Part shown: positions 47,311 through 56,694 of the stretch, piece by piece
Numbering within the stretch: the first letter of the stretch is position 1
Layout: each line of letters starts with the position of its first letter
Assembly (NCBI GenBank): GCA_016866975.1
Contig: VGKP01000002.1
Coordinates: 1-64,000, forward strand
Length of the DNA: 64,000 nucleotides
Reading direction: 5' to 3'
Source of the DNA: Candidatus Pacearchaeota archaeon
GTDB lineage: Archaea; Nanobdellota; Nanobdellia; Pacearchaeales; GW2011-AR1
Notes under the pieces: model-generated
The model's input: only the letters and a program-made list of their open reading frames with translations
Told to the model about the DNA's origin: nothing
The model's database searches: none
Translations under genes and position numbers: made by a program

Positions 47311-47730
47311 ATGGATCATTCATATTTTGCTCCGAGATATAGTTATTTAGGTCCTCCTATAAGTGATTCTTTAGAGCCTGTCCCATATAAGGATCCTAGA
47401 ACCTTAAGAGAGAAGATGAGTGATGTTTCTTCTTCTCGTTCAATGGACCTTACAGGAAGTATAAACCTTATGGAGACTTGCGCCATTATTTTTGAGAGAG
47501 CGAGGGAGCTCCCTCGCCTTAAAGGAAAAATCTATGTCATAAATATCGAGAATCCCGATAAACCTAAACTAGAAAGTGTTGATGAAAGTACTATTCTACC
47601 TGATAATTATCTTACTCGAGAGAAAGTTCAATCTCAGATAGAATCTTCCAAGCCAGTAGCTACAGATTCAAGGTCTAAAAGAAGAGGATGGAAAGGTAAT
47701 AGTTTTTTTTACAAGAGAGATACTCAATGA
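47311..47730 (+). CDS. Orphan hypothetical protein
   Basis: 139 aa ORF with TATA-like box upstream; overlaps the tatD start. Confidence 0.45.
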   Translation: MDHSYFAPRYSYLGPPISDSLEPVPYKDPRTLREKMSDVSSSRSMDLTGSINLMETCAIIFERARELPRLKGKIYVINIENPDKPKLESVDESTILPDNYLTREKVQSQIESSKPVATDSRSKRRGWKGNSFFYKRDTQ

Positions 47731-48473
47731 CTTACATAGACATACATTGCCATCTAGACCTTCTTGAAAATATCTCTCAAGTTATAGAAAATGCAAATAA
47801 TTCAGGAGTTGAAATAATTCTTACTCAAGGGATTAATGCTGAGACAAACAGGAAAGCACTTGCTTTGGCAAAAGAGTATAAAGAAGTAAAAGCTTGTCTT
47901 GGAATATACCCTATTGATGCATTAAAAATGACTGACAAGGAAATAGATTCAGAAATAGCATTCATAAAAGCTAATAAAAAATATATTGTGGCAATAGGGG
48001 AGGTAGGCATGGACTTCAAAGAAGACGATATAGATCATGAACGCCAAAAAAAGATTTTCACAAAGTTCATTGCTCTCTCAATAGAGCTCGATATGCCAAT
48101 AATAATTCACTCTAGAAAAGCTGAAAAGGAATGTATAGAGCTCTTAGAAAAATGCAATGCAATGAAAGTGATAATGCACTGCTTTTGTGGCAAGTGGAAA
48201 CTTGTGGAAAGGATACAAAAGAATGGCTGGTTCTTAACAGTCCCCACATCTGTAACAAAATCAGAGCAATTTCAGGCAATTGCTCAGGAAGTACCTCTGG
48301 CTCAGTTATTCTGCGAGACAGATTCTCCTTACCTGCATCCAGATAAAATATGGCCAAACGAGCCCGCAAATATAGTAAGAAGTTATTTGGAATTAGCCAG
48401 ACTGAGAAAGATATCAGTTGAAGATGGGAGAGAGATTATTAGGAATAACTATCTAAAATTATTCAAAAAGTAA
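47727..48473 (+). CDS. tatD: TatD family deoxyribonuclease
   Basis: DIHCH, IGEVGMD, IIHSRKAE, MHCF, ETDSPYL. Confidence 0.95.
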   Translation: MTYIDIHCHLDLLENISQVIENANNSGVEIILTQGINAETNRKALALAKEYKEVKACLGIYPIDALKMTDKEIDSEIAFIKANKKYIVAIGEVGMDFKEDDIDHERQKKIFTKFIALSIELDMPIIIHSRKAEKECIELLEKCNAMKVIMHCFCGKWKLVERIQKNGWFLTVPTSVTKSEQFQAIAQEVPLAQLFCETDSPYLHPDKIWPNEPANIVRSYLELARLRKISVEDGREIIRNNYLKLFKK

Positions 48474-48505
48474 AGTTTTTAAAAGACTTTTATGCGGGAG
48501 ATATA

Positions 48506-49174
48506 ATGGGACAGTCTTTGATATTAAGGCTTAAGGGAGTACAAGAGATTATAGATTTATCTCACAGAGACTTGTTGCGTAAGAGGATGAGTGGAGTCAA
48601 ATTACCTGGATGGATACCTTACGACAATCAAAAACCAGACTATTCTTATCTGATATGTGATATTATCCAAAGAGGCCTTGATAATAGTATTTCTTTAGAG
48701 CTTGGGTGTGGAGATGGCCCTTGGGCTCTTCTTGCTTCAGCAGCAGGATTAAGGTCATTTGGTATCGATGCAGATTCTGGACTTGTTTCAAGAGCACGTA
48801 TAAATTATTTTAGTGCATTGTTAGGAGGATATATTAAAGGTAATTGTAGATTCGCAGTAGGCAATATTCATCATAGTTATAATGAAGAGCAATATCTTAT
48901 AGATGCTGAAAGATCGAAAGTCATGAGGACTGAATTCTTGGATAATCCTTATGAAGAACTAGGCATTAATATAGGTTGCGCGGATATTATCAACGGCTAT
49001 CTCTGGCCAGAACACATGTCTTCTTTGCTTAGTCTTTTGAATGAACACGCAAGATCGAATGCCTTATTTATCTTACCGTTTTATGAGCACAGGAAGCATC
49101 ATCAACTGCTCGATCTCAAGCCGGTAGGAATTGCGCCTAGAGGTACTGCATTATACAGAAGAGCTAGAGTGTAA
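48506..49174 (+). CDS. Class I SAM-dependent methyltransferase
   Basis: Motif I LELGCGDG; GIDAD; ADIINGYL. Confidence 0.75.
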   Translation: MGQSLILRLKGVQEIIDLSHRDLLRKRMSGVKLPGWIPYDNQKPDYSYLICDIIQRGLDNSISLELGCGDGPWALLASAAGLRSFGIDADSGLVSRARINYFSALLGGYIKGNCRFAVGNIHHSYNEEQYLIDAERSKVMRTEFLDNPYEELGINIGCADIINGYLWPEHMSSLLSLLNEHARSNALFILPFYEHRKHHQLLDLKPVGIAPRGTALYRRARV

Positions 49175-49221
49175 TCTTATCTACCCTCAATGCTTAAATA
49201 GCTTTGAATTTAGTATATTCA

Positions 49222-49518
49222 ATGGCAAGGAACAGAAAGACCAAGGTAATCAAAATCCTCCTTGCATTATTATTTTTTACAGTATTATTGGCTGTGTTCT
49301 TGTCTTCAAACAAGTCTGCGCCTACTCTAGATTCTTGTGAAAAAGATTCAGATTGTGTTCCTTCTTCATGTTGCCATCCTGCATCATGCGTTTTAAAGAA
49401 TCAGGCTCCAGAATGTAAGGGTGTTATTTGCAGCCAGGAATGCAAACCAGGCACTCTGGATTGTGGTCAGGCAAGCTGCAGCTGTCAAAATAAGAGGTGT
49501 GTTGTGAAAAGACAATGA
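49222..49518 (+). CDS. Small membrane-anchored Cys-rich protein
   Basis: Signal anchor then CEKDSDCVPSSCCHPASC...CSQEC...CGQASCSCQNKRC. Confidence 0.7.
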   Translation: MARNRKTKVIKILLALLFFTVLLAVFLSSNKSAPTLDSCEKDSDCVPSSCCHPASCVLKNQAPECKGVICSQECKPGTLDCGQASCSCQNKRCVVKRQ

Positions 49519-52500
49519 GAAAAAAGATAATCATAGTTTTAAGCCTGTTTTTTGTAATTCTAGGAAGCCATTTTCTTGATGCAGATGACTCTCCTTCAAA
49601 AGTCACAGACGACGTGTATAAACATCTTGGAAACAATGATACTGTAGATGTAGTGATAAAAACTAAACCTAGTAAGAATATTGTATTAAAATCTTCTACT
49701 TTTTCTCTTTCTCAATATCAGGCAAAAGCCACTAGGGTAAAGGACGATTTAATTATCGTCAAAGTTACTCCATCTGAATTGAAAAATCTTGAATTAAATC
49801 CAAATGTAGAAAAGATAGAGTTTGCCTACAAAATTAAAGCCTTCTTACAAAACTCTAGGGCGATTGTAAATTCAACAGCAAGTGCATCGCTTGGTATAAA
49901 TAATGTAAACTTGACTGGAGTTGGAGAAACAGTTTGCGTCATAGATACTGGAATAAACTTTACTCATTCAGACCTAATTGGAAAGAACAAAACTGCTTGT
50001 ATTGTGGATTGTTTAAATAAAAACTGCGCAGAAAACTGTACTTTAATAGATGATAACGGTCATGGGACTCATGTCGCAGGAATTGTAGCCGCAAACGGGA
50101 CATTAAAGGGCGTGGCACCGGATGCAAACCTTATAGGTGTAAGAGTTCTAAATGCAAGTGGAGAAGGTCATCATTCAAATGCTGTAGATGATTTGACTAA
50201 TGCAATAAATTGGTGTAAAGATAATAGGAATAATTACAGTATAAGCGTAATAACTATGAGTCTCGGTACTTCAGATTTATTTCAGAATTATTGCGATGCT
50301 GATCTGGCGACTTCATGGACAAGAGCAATTAATAACGCTACAGCACACAATATCTCAGTGATTGCGGCGACAGGCAATAGTGGAAATAATACTGCTATTT
50401 CAGCTCCAGCATGTATTCAAAATGCGACTTCAGTATCATCTGTATCCAAAGTAGATTCAATTGCAAGTTATAGTAATTACAACAATCTCACTGATTTATT
50501 TGCTCCTGGCGGCTTATCAACGAATTCTGCCACATTAATTAACTCTACTTGTATATCATCAGAATCTTCTAATGGCTATTGTGGAAAGCAAGGTACAAGC
50601 ATGGCAACACCTCACGTCGCAGGAGCCGTAGCCTTAATCAAGCAATTTTATCGTTCTCAAACCAATGGAGGCAATGCTACGCGGGCAATTATTGAAAACG
50701 CTCTAAAAATCTATGGTAAAAACATAACTGTCCCAGCAGGATATAATATCTCTCGTATCGATATATACTCTGCAATCATATCTTTAGATGCATTCTCCCC
50801 GAATGTCACTCTCGTCTCCCCTTCTAATGCGACTGCTTCGCTCATTATCAATCAAACATTTCTCTGCAACGCTACGGATCTTGCTATTAAAAACGGCACA
50901 TTTTACCTCTGGAATTCAACTTCTTCCATCTACAATCAAACATCAATGAATTTGAATGGAAGTGCGGCAGTGCTTCAAATTAACGTCACAAATATTTCTA
51001 GTGGAACCTATGTCTGGAATTGCTTATTTACAGATGAGAACAATAACAAGACGTTTGCAAGTCTCAATAATACCCTTACAATTTCAGGTTCTATTATTGA
51101 TCTCGTATCTCCTGCTGGAGATCTTTTTACTAACACAAATCAAACATATGTCTGTAATGTTAGTTCAAGTCTTAACATATCAAATGTAACATTCTATCTC
51201 TGGAACGTTACCAGCTCAGAGATTAATGTCAGCTTTACAAACATATCTGGCACGAGCTCATCCAAAAACTTCTCAATTAACTTCACCTCAGAAGGAGTTT
51301 ATTCCTGGAACTGTCTCTTCAAAGATACTTCAAATAATGGGACATTTGCGACATCAAATAAGACCATAACCTACGATATTACAAAGCCCGTGATAAATAT
51401 CACTCTTCCATTAAATGGCAGCTACTATAATGCTGGAAGGTTCAACATAACTTTGAATGAGAATTCATCTTGTCTTTATTCTCTTGATCATGGTACTAAA
51501 AACTATTCCATGAGTTCAATAAATAATAGAACATTCAATGCCACTAACTTGACTCTCGTGCATGACCGGAACTATAATGTGACGTATTACTGTAATGATA
51601 CTGCAGGTAATTCCAACAGCACATTTGCAGGCAATTTCACTATAGACCTTTCAACACCAAATGTTACTCTATTAAGTCCTGTTGATTCATATGCTGAGAC
51701 GGCCTCATCTACGACTCTTAATCTTATCTTCAATGTCACTGACAATCTTAATCTCTCAAGTTGTTCTCTTATAATCGGCGGTTCTGTGAATTCTACAAAC
51801 AGCACTTTCATAAATCAGACATTGAATCAGTCATTTCAGATAACTTTCGGGGCAGGAAGTTATACATGGAATGTTAACTGCACAGATATTGCCCAGAACA
51901 CGGGAAATTCAAACTCTAGGACAATCACAATCTCGGCACCAGTTTCAAGTTCTTCTGGCGGCGGTGGGGGCGGTGGAGGTGGAGACGGTGGAGGTACAGG
52001 AGCAAGCACGTTCAGCCCAAGCCAGGATCAAGTCTCAAGGGGATTTACTCAGGAGGTTAAGAAGGAGGACAAGATAAAGTTCAATATATTTGATGAGAAG
52101 GCCGTGCAACATACTCTTATTGTCGAGACAGTCTCAGATAAATATGTAAATATCACTATAAGGAGTGAGCCAATCAACTTTCTTCTTGGGGCGGGCCAGA
52201 GTATAAAACTCAATTTGACATCTCCTTCTTTCTATAATCTCTACATAAAGGTAGAGAACATAACAAATGGCAAGGCATCGTTGACAGTGCAGACTATAAA
52301 TGAGCCTATAGCTGTCCCAAAGGTGGAGGAGAAGACTAATAGTTCTCCAATCACGGAAGTAAGCATACCACAAGAGACAAATCAGACAGCACCTCCTTCG
52401 GTCACACAATCAACAGGCATATCTGGATGGACTCTTTTCTGGGGGATATTCATAAGCGCGATAATAGCAAGCCTTATAGTCTATCTTATAGACCACAGGA

Positions 52501-52520
52501 AGAAGACAAAGTCGTTATAG
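49515..52520 (+). CDS. Cell-surface S8 (subtilisin-like) serine protease with Ig-like repeats, Gly-rich linker and C-terminal TM
   Basis: Catalytic D (VIDTG), H (HGTHVAG), S (GTSMATP); signal peptide; Asn/Thr-rich repeats. Confidence 0.92.
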   Translation: MRKKIIIVLSLFFVILGSHFLDADDSPSKVTDDVYKHLGNNDTVDVVIKTKPSKNIVLKSSTFSLSQYQAKATRVKDDLIIVKVTPSELKNLELNPNVEKIEFAYKIKAFLQNSRAIVNSTASASLGINNVNLTGVGETVCVIDTGINFTHSDLIGKNKTACIVDCLNKNCAENCTLIDDNGHGTHVAGIVAANGTLKGVAPDANLIGVRVLNASGEGHHSNAVDDLTNAINWCKDNRNNYSISVITMSLGTSDLFQNYCDADLATSWTRAINNATAHNISVIAATGNSGNNTAISAPACIQNATSVSSVSKVDSIASYSNYNNLTDLFAPGGLSTNSATLINSTCISSESSNGYCGKQGTSMATPHVAGAVALIKQFYRSQTNGGNATRAIIENALKIYGKNITVPAGYNISRIDIYSAIISLDAFSPNVTLVSPSNATASLIINQTFLCNATDLAIKNGTFYLWNSTSSIYNQTSMNLNGSAAVLQINVTNISSGTYVWNCLFTDENNNKTFASLNNTLTISGSIIDLVSPAGDLFTNTNQTYVCNVSSSLNISNVTFYLWNVTSSEINVSFTNISGTSSSKNFSINFTSEGVYSWNCLFKDTSNNGTFATSNKTITYDITKPVINITLPLNGSYYNAGRFNITLNENSSCLYSLDHGTKNYSMSSINNRTFNATNLTLVHDRNYNVTYYCNDTAGNSNSTFAGNFTIDLSTPNVTLLSPVDSYAETASSTTLNLIFNVTDNLNLSSCSLIIGGSVNSTNSTFINQTLNQSFQITFGAGSYTWNVNCTDIAQNTGNSNSRTITISAPVSSSSGGGGGGGGGDGGGTGASTFSPSQDQVSRGFTQEVKKEDKIKFNIFDEKAVQHTLIVETVSDKYVNITIRSEPINFLLGAGQSIKLNLTSPSFYNLYIKVENITNGKASLTVQTINEPIAVPKVEEKTNSSPITEVSIPQETNQTAPPSVTQSTGISGWTLFWGIFISAIIASLIVYLIDHRKKTKSL

Positions 52521-52548
52521 TTATAAAGCCCTTTTTATTATTCTATTA

Positions 52549-53811
52549 ATGTTAGAGGAGTTCGTACAGTCCATCGCAGCTACAAATCTTAAATATATCC
52601 TAGTTTTCTTAGTAGCTCTCGCAGAGTCTATAATCTTCTTAAATCCCATAGTGCCCGGGCAGACTATTGTGGTGCTTGCAGGTATAGGTGCTCAACAAGG
52701 AATATTTAATCTTGGTTTGCTTATTGCAACTATCTTGATAGCGGTTGTTCTTGGAGATTGCATTACTTATTATATAGGCAGGAGATATGGCATGAATCTT
52801 CTTAAAAGATACGGGGGATTTTTTTTCTTCAAAAAAGAATATCTTAACAAGACGCGGGCTCTGATGAGAGACCACCTTGGGAAGTCCATCCTGTTAGGCC
52901 ACATGCACGGATTTACGAGGGCATTGGTGCCATTTATTTCAGGAGCGCATAGGTCTTCTTTCAAGAGATTCTTATTCTTTACATTTTTCGGAGCCCTTAT
53001 CTGGACCCTATTCTCAGTTTTATTAGGATATTTTCTTGGGGAAAGCTATCATTATATAGAAAGGTATGCAGGTATAATAGTCCTTTTGATAATAATAAGC
53101 GCTTTGTCTTGGTACTACATAGCTTCATCTGTAAGTAAGAAGAATGCAATGTCTAATGAGAGCAAGATACTATGGATTTTGGGGATAGCAGGAATATTTT
53201 TCTTCTGGAGTATATTGAGGAATGTATCTCGAAAAGGATTTTGGATTACTCTAGACCAGTCTCTTTCATCAGCGGTCCAGAGACTGAACGACGAATTTTT
53301 GACATATGTAGCTAGATTTATTGAGGTCATCTTCGACGTGCAGGTTTTGATGGTTGTCTCAATAGTTATATTTTTCTGGTATATATTCAATAAGAAACAT
53401 AGGGAAGCGACTTTCTTTGGAGCAGCAATGCTGGCAGGGGCATTGATTCTTTACGGAATAAAAGAATGGATTCACAGGGCAAGGCCAGATTCAATAATAA
53501 CATTGTCAGAAGGATTCTCTTTCCCAAGCGGTCATGCTACAATAGCAACATTGTTCATAGGACTCTTGCTTTACGCATTTTGGAAGACTTCAATTTCAAG
53601 GAAGTATAAGATGTACTTGACAATATTTTCCATATTTCTTGTTGTGATGATAGGTGCAAGCAGGATTTACCTTAATGCTCACTGGCTCTCTGACGTGATA
53701 GCTGGATTTACATTGGGAGCAAGCATCCTGGTGTTTGCAAGGCTCTGTTATAATGCCTGGGATAGGATGTTCAAGAACAATAGGCTAAAGTTCCACACGT
53801 ATAAGAAGTGA
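52549..53811 (+). CDS. DedA-PAP2 fusion membrane protein
   Basis: N-terminal DedA (AESIIFLNPIVPG...RALVPFISG) and C-terminal PAP2 (K...RARP, SFPSGHA, SRIYLNAHWLSDV). Confidence 0.92.
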   Translation: MLEEFVQSIAATNLKYILVFLVALAESIIFLNPIVPGQTIVVLAGIGAQQGIFNLGLLIATILIAVVLGDCITYYIGRRYGMNLLKRYGGFFFFKKEYLNKTRALMRDHLGKSILLGHMHGFTRALVPFISGAHRSSFKRFLFFTFFGALIWTLFSVLLGYFLGESYHYIERYAGIIVLLIIISALSWYYIASSVSKKNAMSNESKILWILGIAGIFFFWSILRNVSRKGFWITLDQSLSSAVQRLNDEFLTYVARFIEVIFDVQVLMVVSIVIFFWYIFNKKHREATFFGAAMLAGALILYGIKEWIHRARPDSIITLSEGFSFPSGHATIATLFIGLLLYAFWKTSISRKYKMYLTIFSIFLVVMIGASRIYLNAHWLSDVIAGFTLGASILVFARLCYNAWDRMFKNNRLKFHTYKK

Positions 53812-53862
53812 GCCTGTCGCGCCGCGTGCGACAGGCCCTTCACCTCAGCCATGTGAGGTGAA
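53812..53862. repeat. Pair of GC-rich perfect hairpins
   Basis: gcctgtcgc-gccgcgt-gcgacaggc and ttcacctca-gccatg-tgaggtgaa between convergent genes. Confidence 0.7.
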
Positions 53863-53906
53863 CATGATATTGATCTGAAAAAAGCTTATCTTTTAAAACT
53901 TTGTTA

Positions 53907-54623
53907 TTAGAATTTCCTTTGTGGAGTAAACAATGATCCTAGTGTCCCAATAGGGTCGGCATCGTACCAATAAATAACATGATTTCTAATAACCCCTAAA
54001 TCTCGAGAGAGGTAATCTGGGTGGGTGACTCCTTTATCTGAGAGTTTTTTTCTAAATATTGCAGCTCTAGGAGATTTACCTTCGGAAAGTTGTACTGCCA
54101 AATAAACAATCTCTTCTAGAGCATCAAATTCTTTATCTAGCAAGGAACGAAAATCGTGCTTCCATTTCATCCAGTCCTTTTTTCTATTTGGATCTTGGCT
54201 CATTGCAACTGGTCTTTGCCGTAATGCATTGTGCATCTGCACAGAATTCTCTAGGAGAGCATTAATGCGTTGGGCAGGACTTATCGATTTATCTCTCAAA
54301 GAAAATTCTTTATGTAGACCAAAAATATTCGCTAATAAAGAATCTTGGCTAGCATTATACTTCTCTCTTAATTCATCAAGGTTTTCACCTATAAAGATAT
54401 TTTGGCAACGATCCCTTACATATTGCAGAGCTAAATTATTTTTTAACTTTGAAGAAAGAGTCATTAAATCAGGACTATACCCTACAGAGACAGTAGAATA
54501 TTTAAGAGGTTGAACATACCATGTATGGCTATAATCAAATTTAAAATCAGAGGCAGAGAGACTATAAAAAAGCGGTGCAACTGCAATAAATGGCAGGACT
54601 TTTCTCATTACGAAACTATGCAA
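53907..54623 (-). CDS. Secreted hypothetical protein
   Basis: Signal-like N-terminus (LPFIAVAPLFYSLSA); helical remainder. Confidence 0.55.
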   Translation of the reverse strand: MHSFVMRKVLPFIAVAPLFYSLSASDFKFDYSHTWYVQPLKYSTVSVGYSPDLMTLSSKLKNNLALQYVRDRCQNIFIGENLDELREKYNASQDSLLANIFGLHKEFSLRDKSISPAQRINALLENSVQMHNALRQRPVAMSQDPNRKKDWMKWKHDFRSLLDKEFDALEEIVYLAVQLSEGKSPRAAIFRKKLSDKGVTHPDYLSRDLGVIRNHVIYWYDADPIGTLGSLFTPQRKF

Positions 54624-54726
54624 TAAAGATTTATAATCTTATCTAGTATTGGAAGATAAGAGATAAGCATTATACTTTCATAATGTACTCGGATAGATAT
54701 AAAAACACTCTCAACTTTATCAAAAT

Positions 54727-56427
54727 ATGGCTCAAGAGGTGTTATGGTCTTTAAGTATTATTCTTGGTATTGTAGCAATAACCACAGTTATAGCAAGGAT
54801 GATAAAGCAGCCTCCAATAATCGCATACCTAATTGCAGGGATAATTGTAGGCCCCTTGTTTCTAAAATTTCTTAGCCCCATCAGTCCATCTGCAGAGATT
54901 ATTCAAATATTTTCCCATATTGGTGTGGCATTTCTTCTTTTTATAGTAGGTCTATCTCTTGATTTTAGGGTATTGAAGGAGATAGGAGGCGTTGCAAGCG
55001 CGGCAGGGTTTGCAGAAATTCTCTTGACGGGAGTTATAGGGGGATTTATCGCTATAGGTATAGGTTTCTCTTCATTGACAGCACTTTATATTGGTGCAGC
55101 CCTTGCCTTTTCATCTACAGTTGTCGTAGTCAAGATACTCTCAGACAAGAAAGAAATAGATACTCTCCATGGCCGCATCGCTCTGGGTATACTCATAGTT
55201 GAAGATTTTATTGCCAGCATAGCACTGATGTTGGTCCCTCTTTTAAATGAGGGTGGCGGATTGTACTCTATTTTGTATAAGGTAGTGATTGTGGTGGCCC
55301 TCATAGGAGTAGTTTTCTTGGGAGCCACATTTGTATTAGGCAGATTTATGAATTATCTCTCTAGGAACCAGGAAGTGCTTTTCTTGTTCGGCATAGCTTG
55401 GGCATTGCTTCTTGCATCACTTTTTGATTATCTTGGATTTTCTCTTGAGATAGGGGCATTGATTGCAGGCATGTCTCTCGCTTCAAGTAAATATACTATG
55501 GATCTTGGAAGCAAGATGAAGCCATTAAGGGATTTCTTTGTAGTGTTATTCTTTGTATTCTTCGGAAGTCAGCTTGCAGGTACCATTTCCTGGAATCTCG
55601 TCCAGAATGCAGCCCTTCTTTCATTGTTCATTATAATAGGTAAGCCAGTTATAGTGATGAGTATCTTGAGGATTTTTGGATATAAGAAAAGGACAAATTT
55701 TCTTGCAGGTTCAAGTCTTGCCCAGATAAGCGAGTTCTCACTTATCCTTATACTGTTGGGCTTTACTCTAGGTCATGTACCGCAGGAGATTATGAACTTG
55801 GCAATTTTGGTAGCGATAATAACTATAGGGATAAGCAGTTATGGGATGTATTATGCACATTCGATATTCAATAAGATAAGCCACATGCTCAATGTATTTG
55901 AAGGCAAGAGCCCTCACTCAATTAAGAATGTAGAGAACAATTACGACGTGGTGCTTATAGGCTATCATAGGATGGGATACAAGATACTTGGTTCTTTGAA
56001 GAAAATAAAATCTCCATTTATAGTGGTCGACCATAATCCCAAAGTCATTCTTTCACTTTCAAAATGGGGAGTGAACTGCATCTATGGAGATGCAAGCGAT
56101 AAAGATTTCTTGAGGCAGCTTGAGTTGCACAAGGTAAAACTGATAATATCCACAATTCCTGAACCAGAGCCAAACAGAGCAATACAAGAATATCTAAATG
56201 AGAATGGAATAAAGTCCGCATTCATAGCGACTGCAGAACAGCCCAGGGAAGCTTTCAGCTTATATGATCAAGGAGTTGATTATGTCCTTATTCCTCATCA
56301 TCTCGGAGGCGAGTATGCTGCCCACATACTTGAGAAATTCAAGACTAACAAGAATCTTTACAAGCAGCTTGGGAAAAGGCATAGTGAACAGCTTAAGAAA
56401 GGCAAGGATCACTCAGAGTATCTTTAA
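54727..56427 (+). CDS. CPA2 cation:proton antiporter (KefC-like) with RCK/TrkA-N domain
   Basis: GVAFLLFIVGL, AFSSTVVV, QISEFS; Rossmann LIGYHRMG...YGDASD. Confidence 0.92.
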   Translation: MAQEVLWSLSIILGIVAITTVIARMIKQPPIIAYLIAGIIVGPLFLKFLSPISPSAEIIQIFSHIGVAFLLFIVGLSLDFRVLKEIGGVASAAGFAEILLTGVIGGFIAIGIGFSSLTALYIGAALAFSSTVVVVKILSDKKEIDTLHGRIALGILIVEDFIASIALMLVPLLNEGGGLYSILYKVVIVVALIGVVFLGATFVLGRFMNYLSRNQEVLFLFGIAWALLLASLFDYLGFSLEIGALIAGMSLASSKYTMDLGSKMKPLRDFFVVLFFVFFGSQLAGTISWNLVQNAALLSLFIIIGKPVIVMSILRIFGYKKRTNFLAGSSLAQISEFSLILILLGFTLGHVPQEIMNLAILVAIITIGISSYGMYYAHSIFNKISHMLNVFEGKSPHSIKNVENNYDVVLIGYHRMGYKILGSLKKIKSPFIVVDHNPKVILSLSKWGVNCIYGDASDKDFLRQLELHKVKLIISTIPEPEPNRAIQEYLNENGIKSAFIATAEQPREAFSLYDQGVDYVLIPHHLGGEYAAHILEKFKTNKNLYKQLGKRHSEQLKKGKDHSEYL

Positions 56428-56435
56428 TAAGGGCT

Positions 56436-56665
56436 CTAGGGAACCTCGGCATCTTAAAGGGAGTTGACCCACAAGACGTCAGGAATAAAAGATTCCTGAG
56501 CGCGCTCAAGGACTTCGTCCTTGACGACCGTAGGTTTCTTAAAGGGAGTTGACCCACAAGAACCGTAGGTTCTTAGGAAGTTGACCCAAAAGGCCTCAAG
56601 AATCTGCCGATTCTTGACGGTCATCAGGGATTATAAATCCCTGAGAGAAACTTGGTTCCCTTAGG
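56436..56665. repeat. Cluster of nested hairpins and short direct repeats upstream of serS
   Basis: Outer GGGAACC/GGTTCCC stem; four bulged-hairpin units; 25-nt tcttaaagggagttgacccacaaga at 56452 and 56537 plus a degenerate third copy at 56571. Confidence 0.8.
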
Positions 56666-56694
56666 TTTAAATATCAGAGATTGCTAGTCGGACA

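Noticed and set aside
51955-51995. GC-rich GGC/GGT run as a foreign repeat
   Set aside because: It encodes the Ser/Gly linker of the S8 protease.
56452-56593. 25-nt direct repeats as a mini CRISPR array
   Set aside because: Only two exact copies and one degenerate copy, irregular spacing (85 and 34 nt), intervening DNA made of hairpin units, no cas genes.
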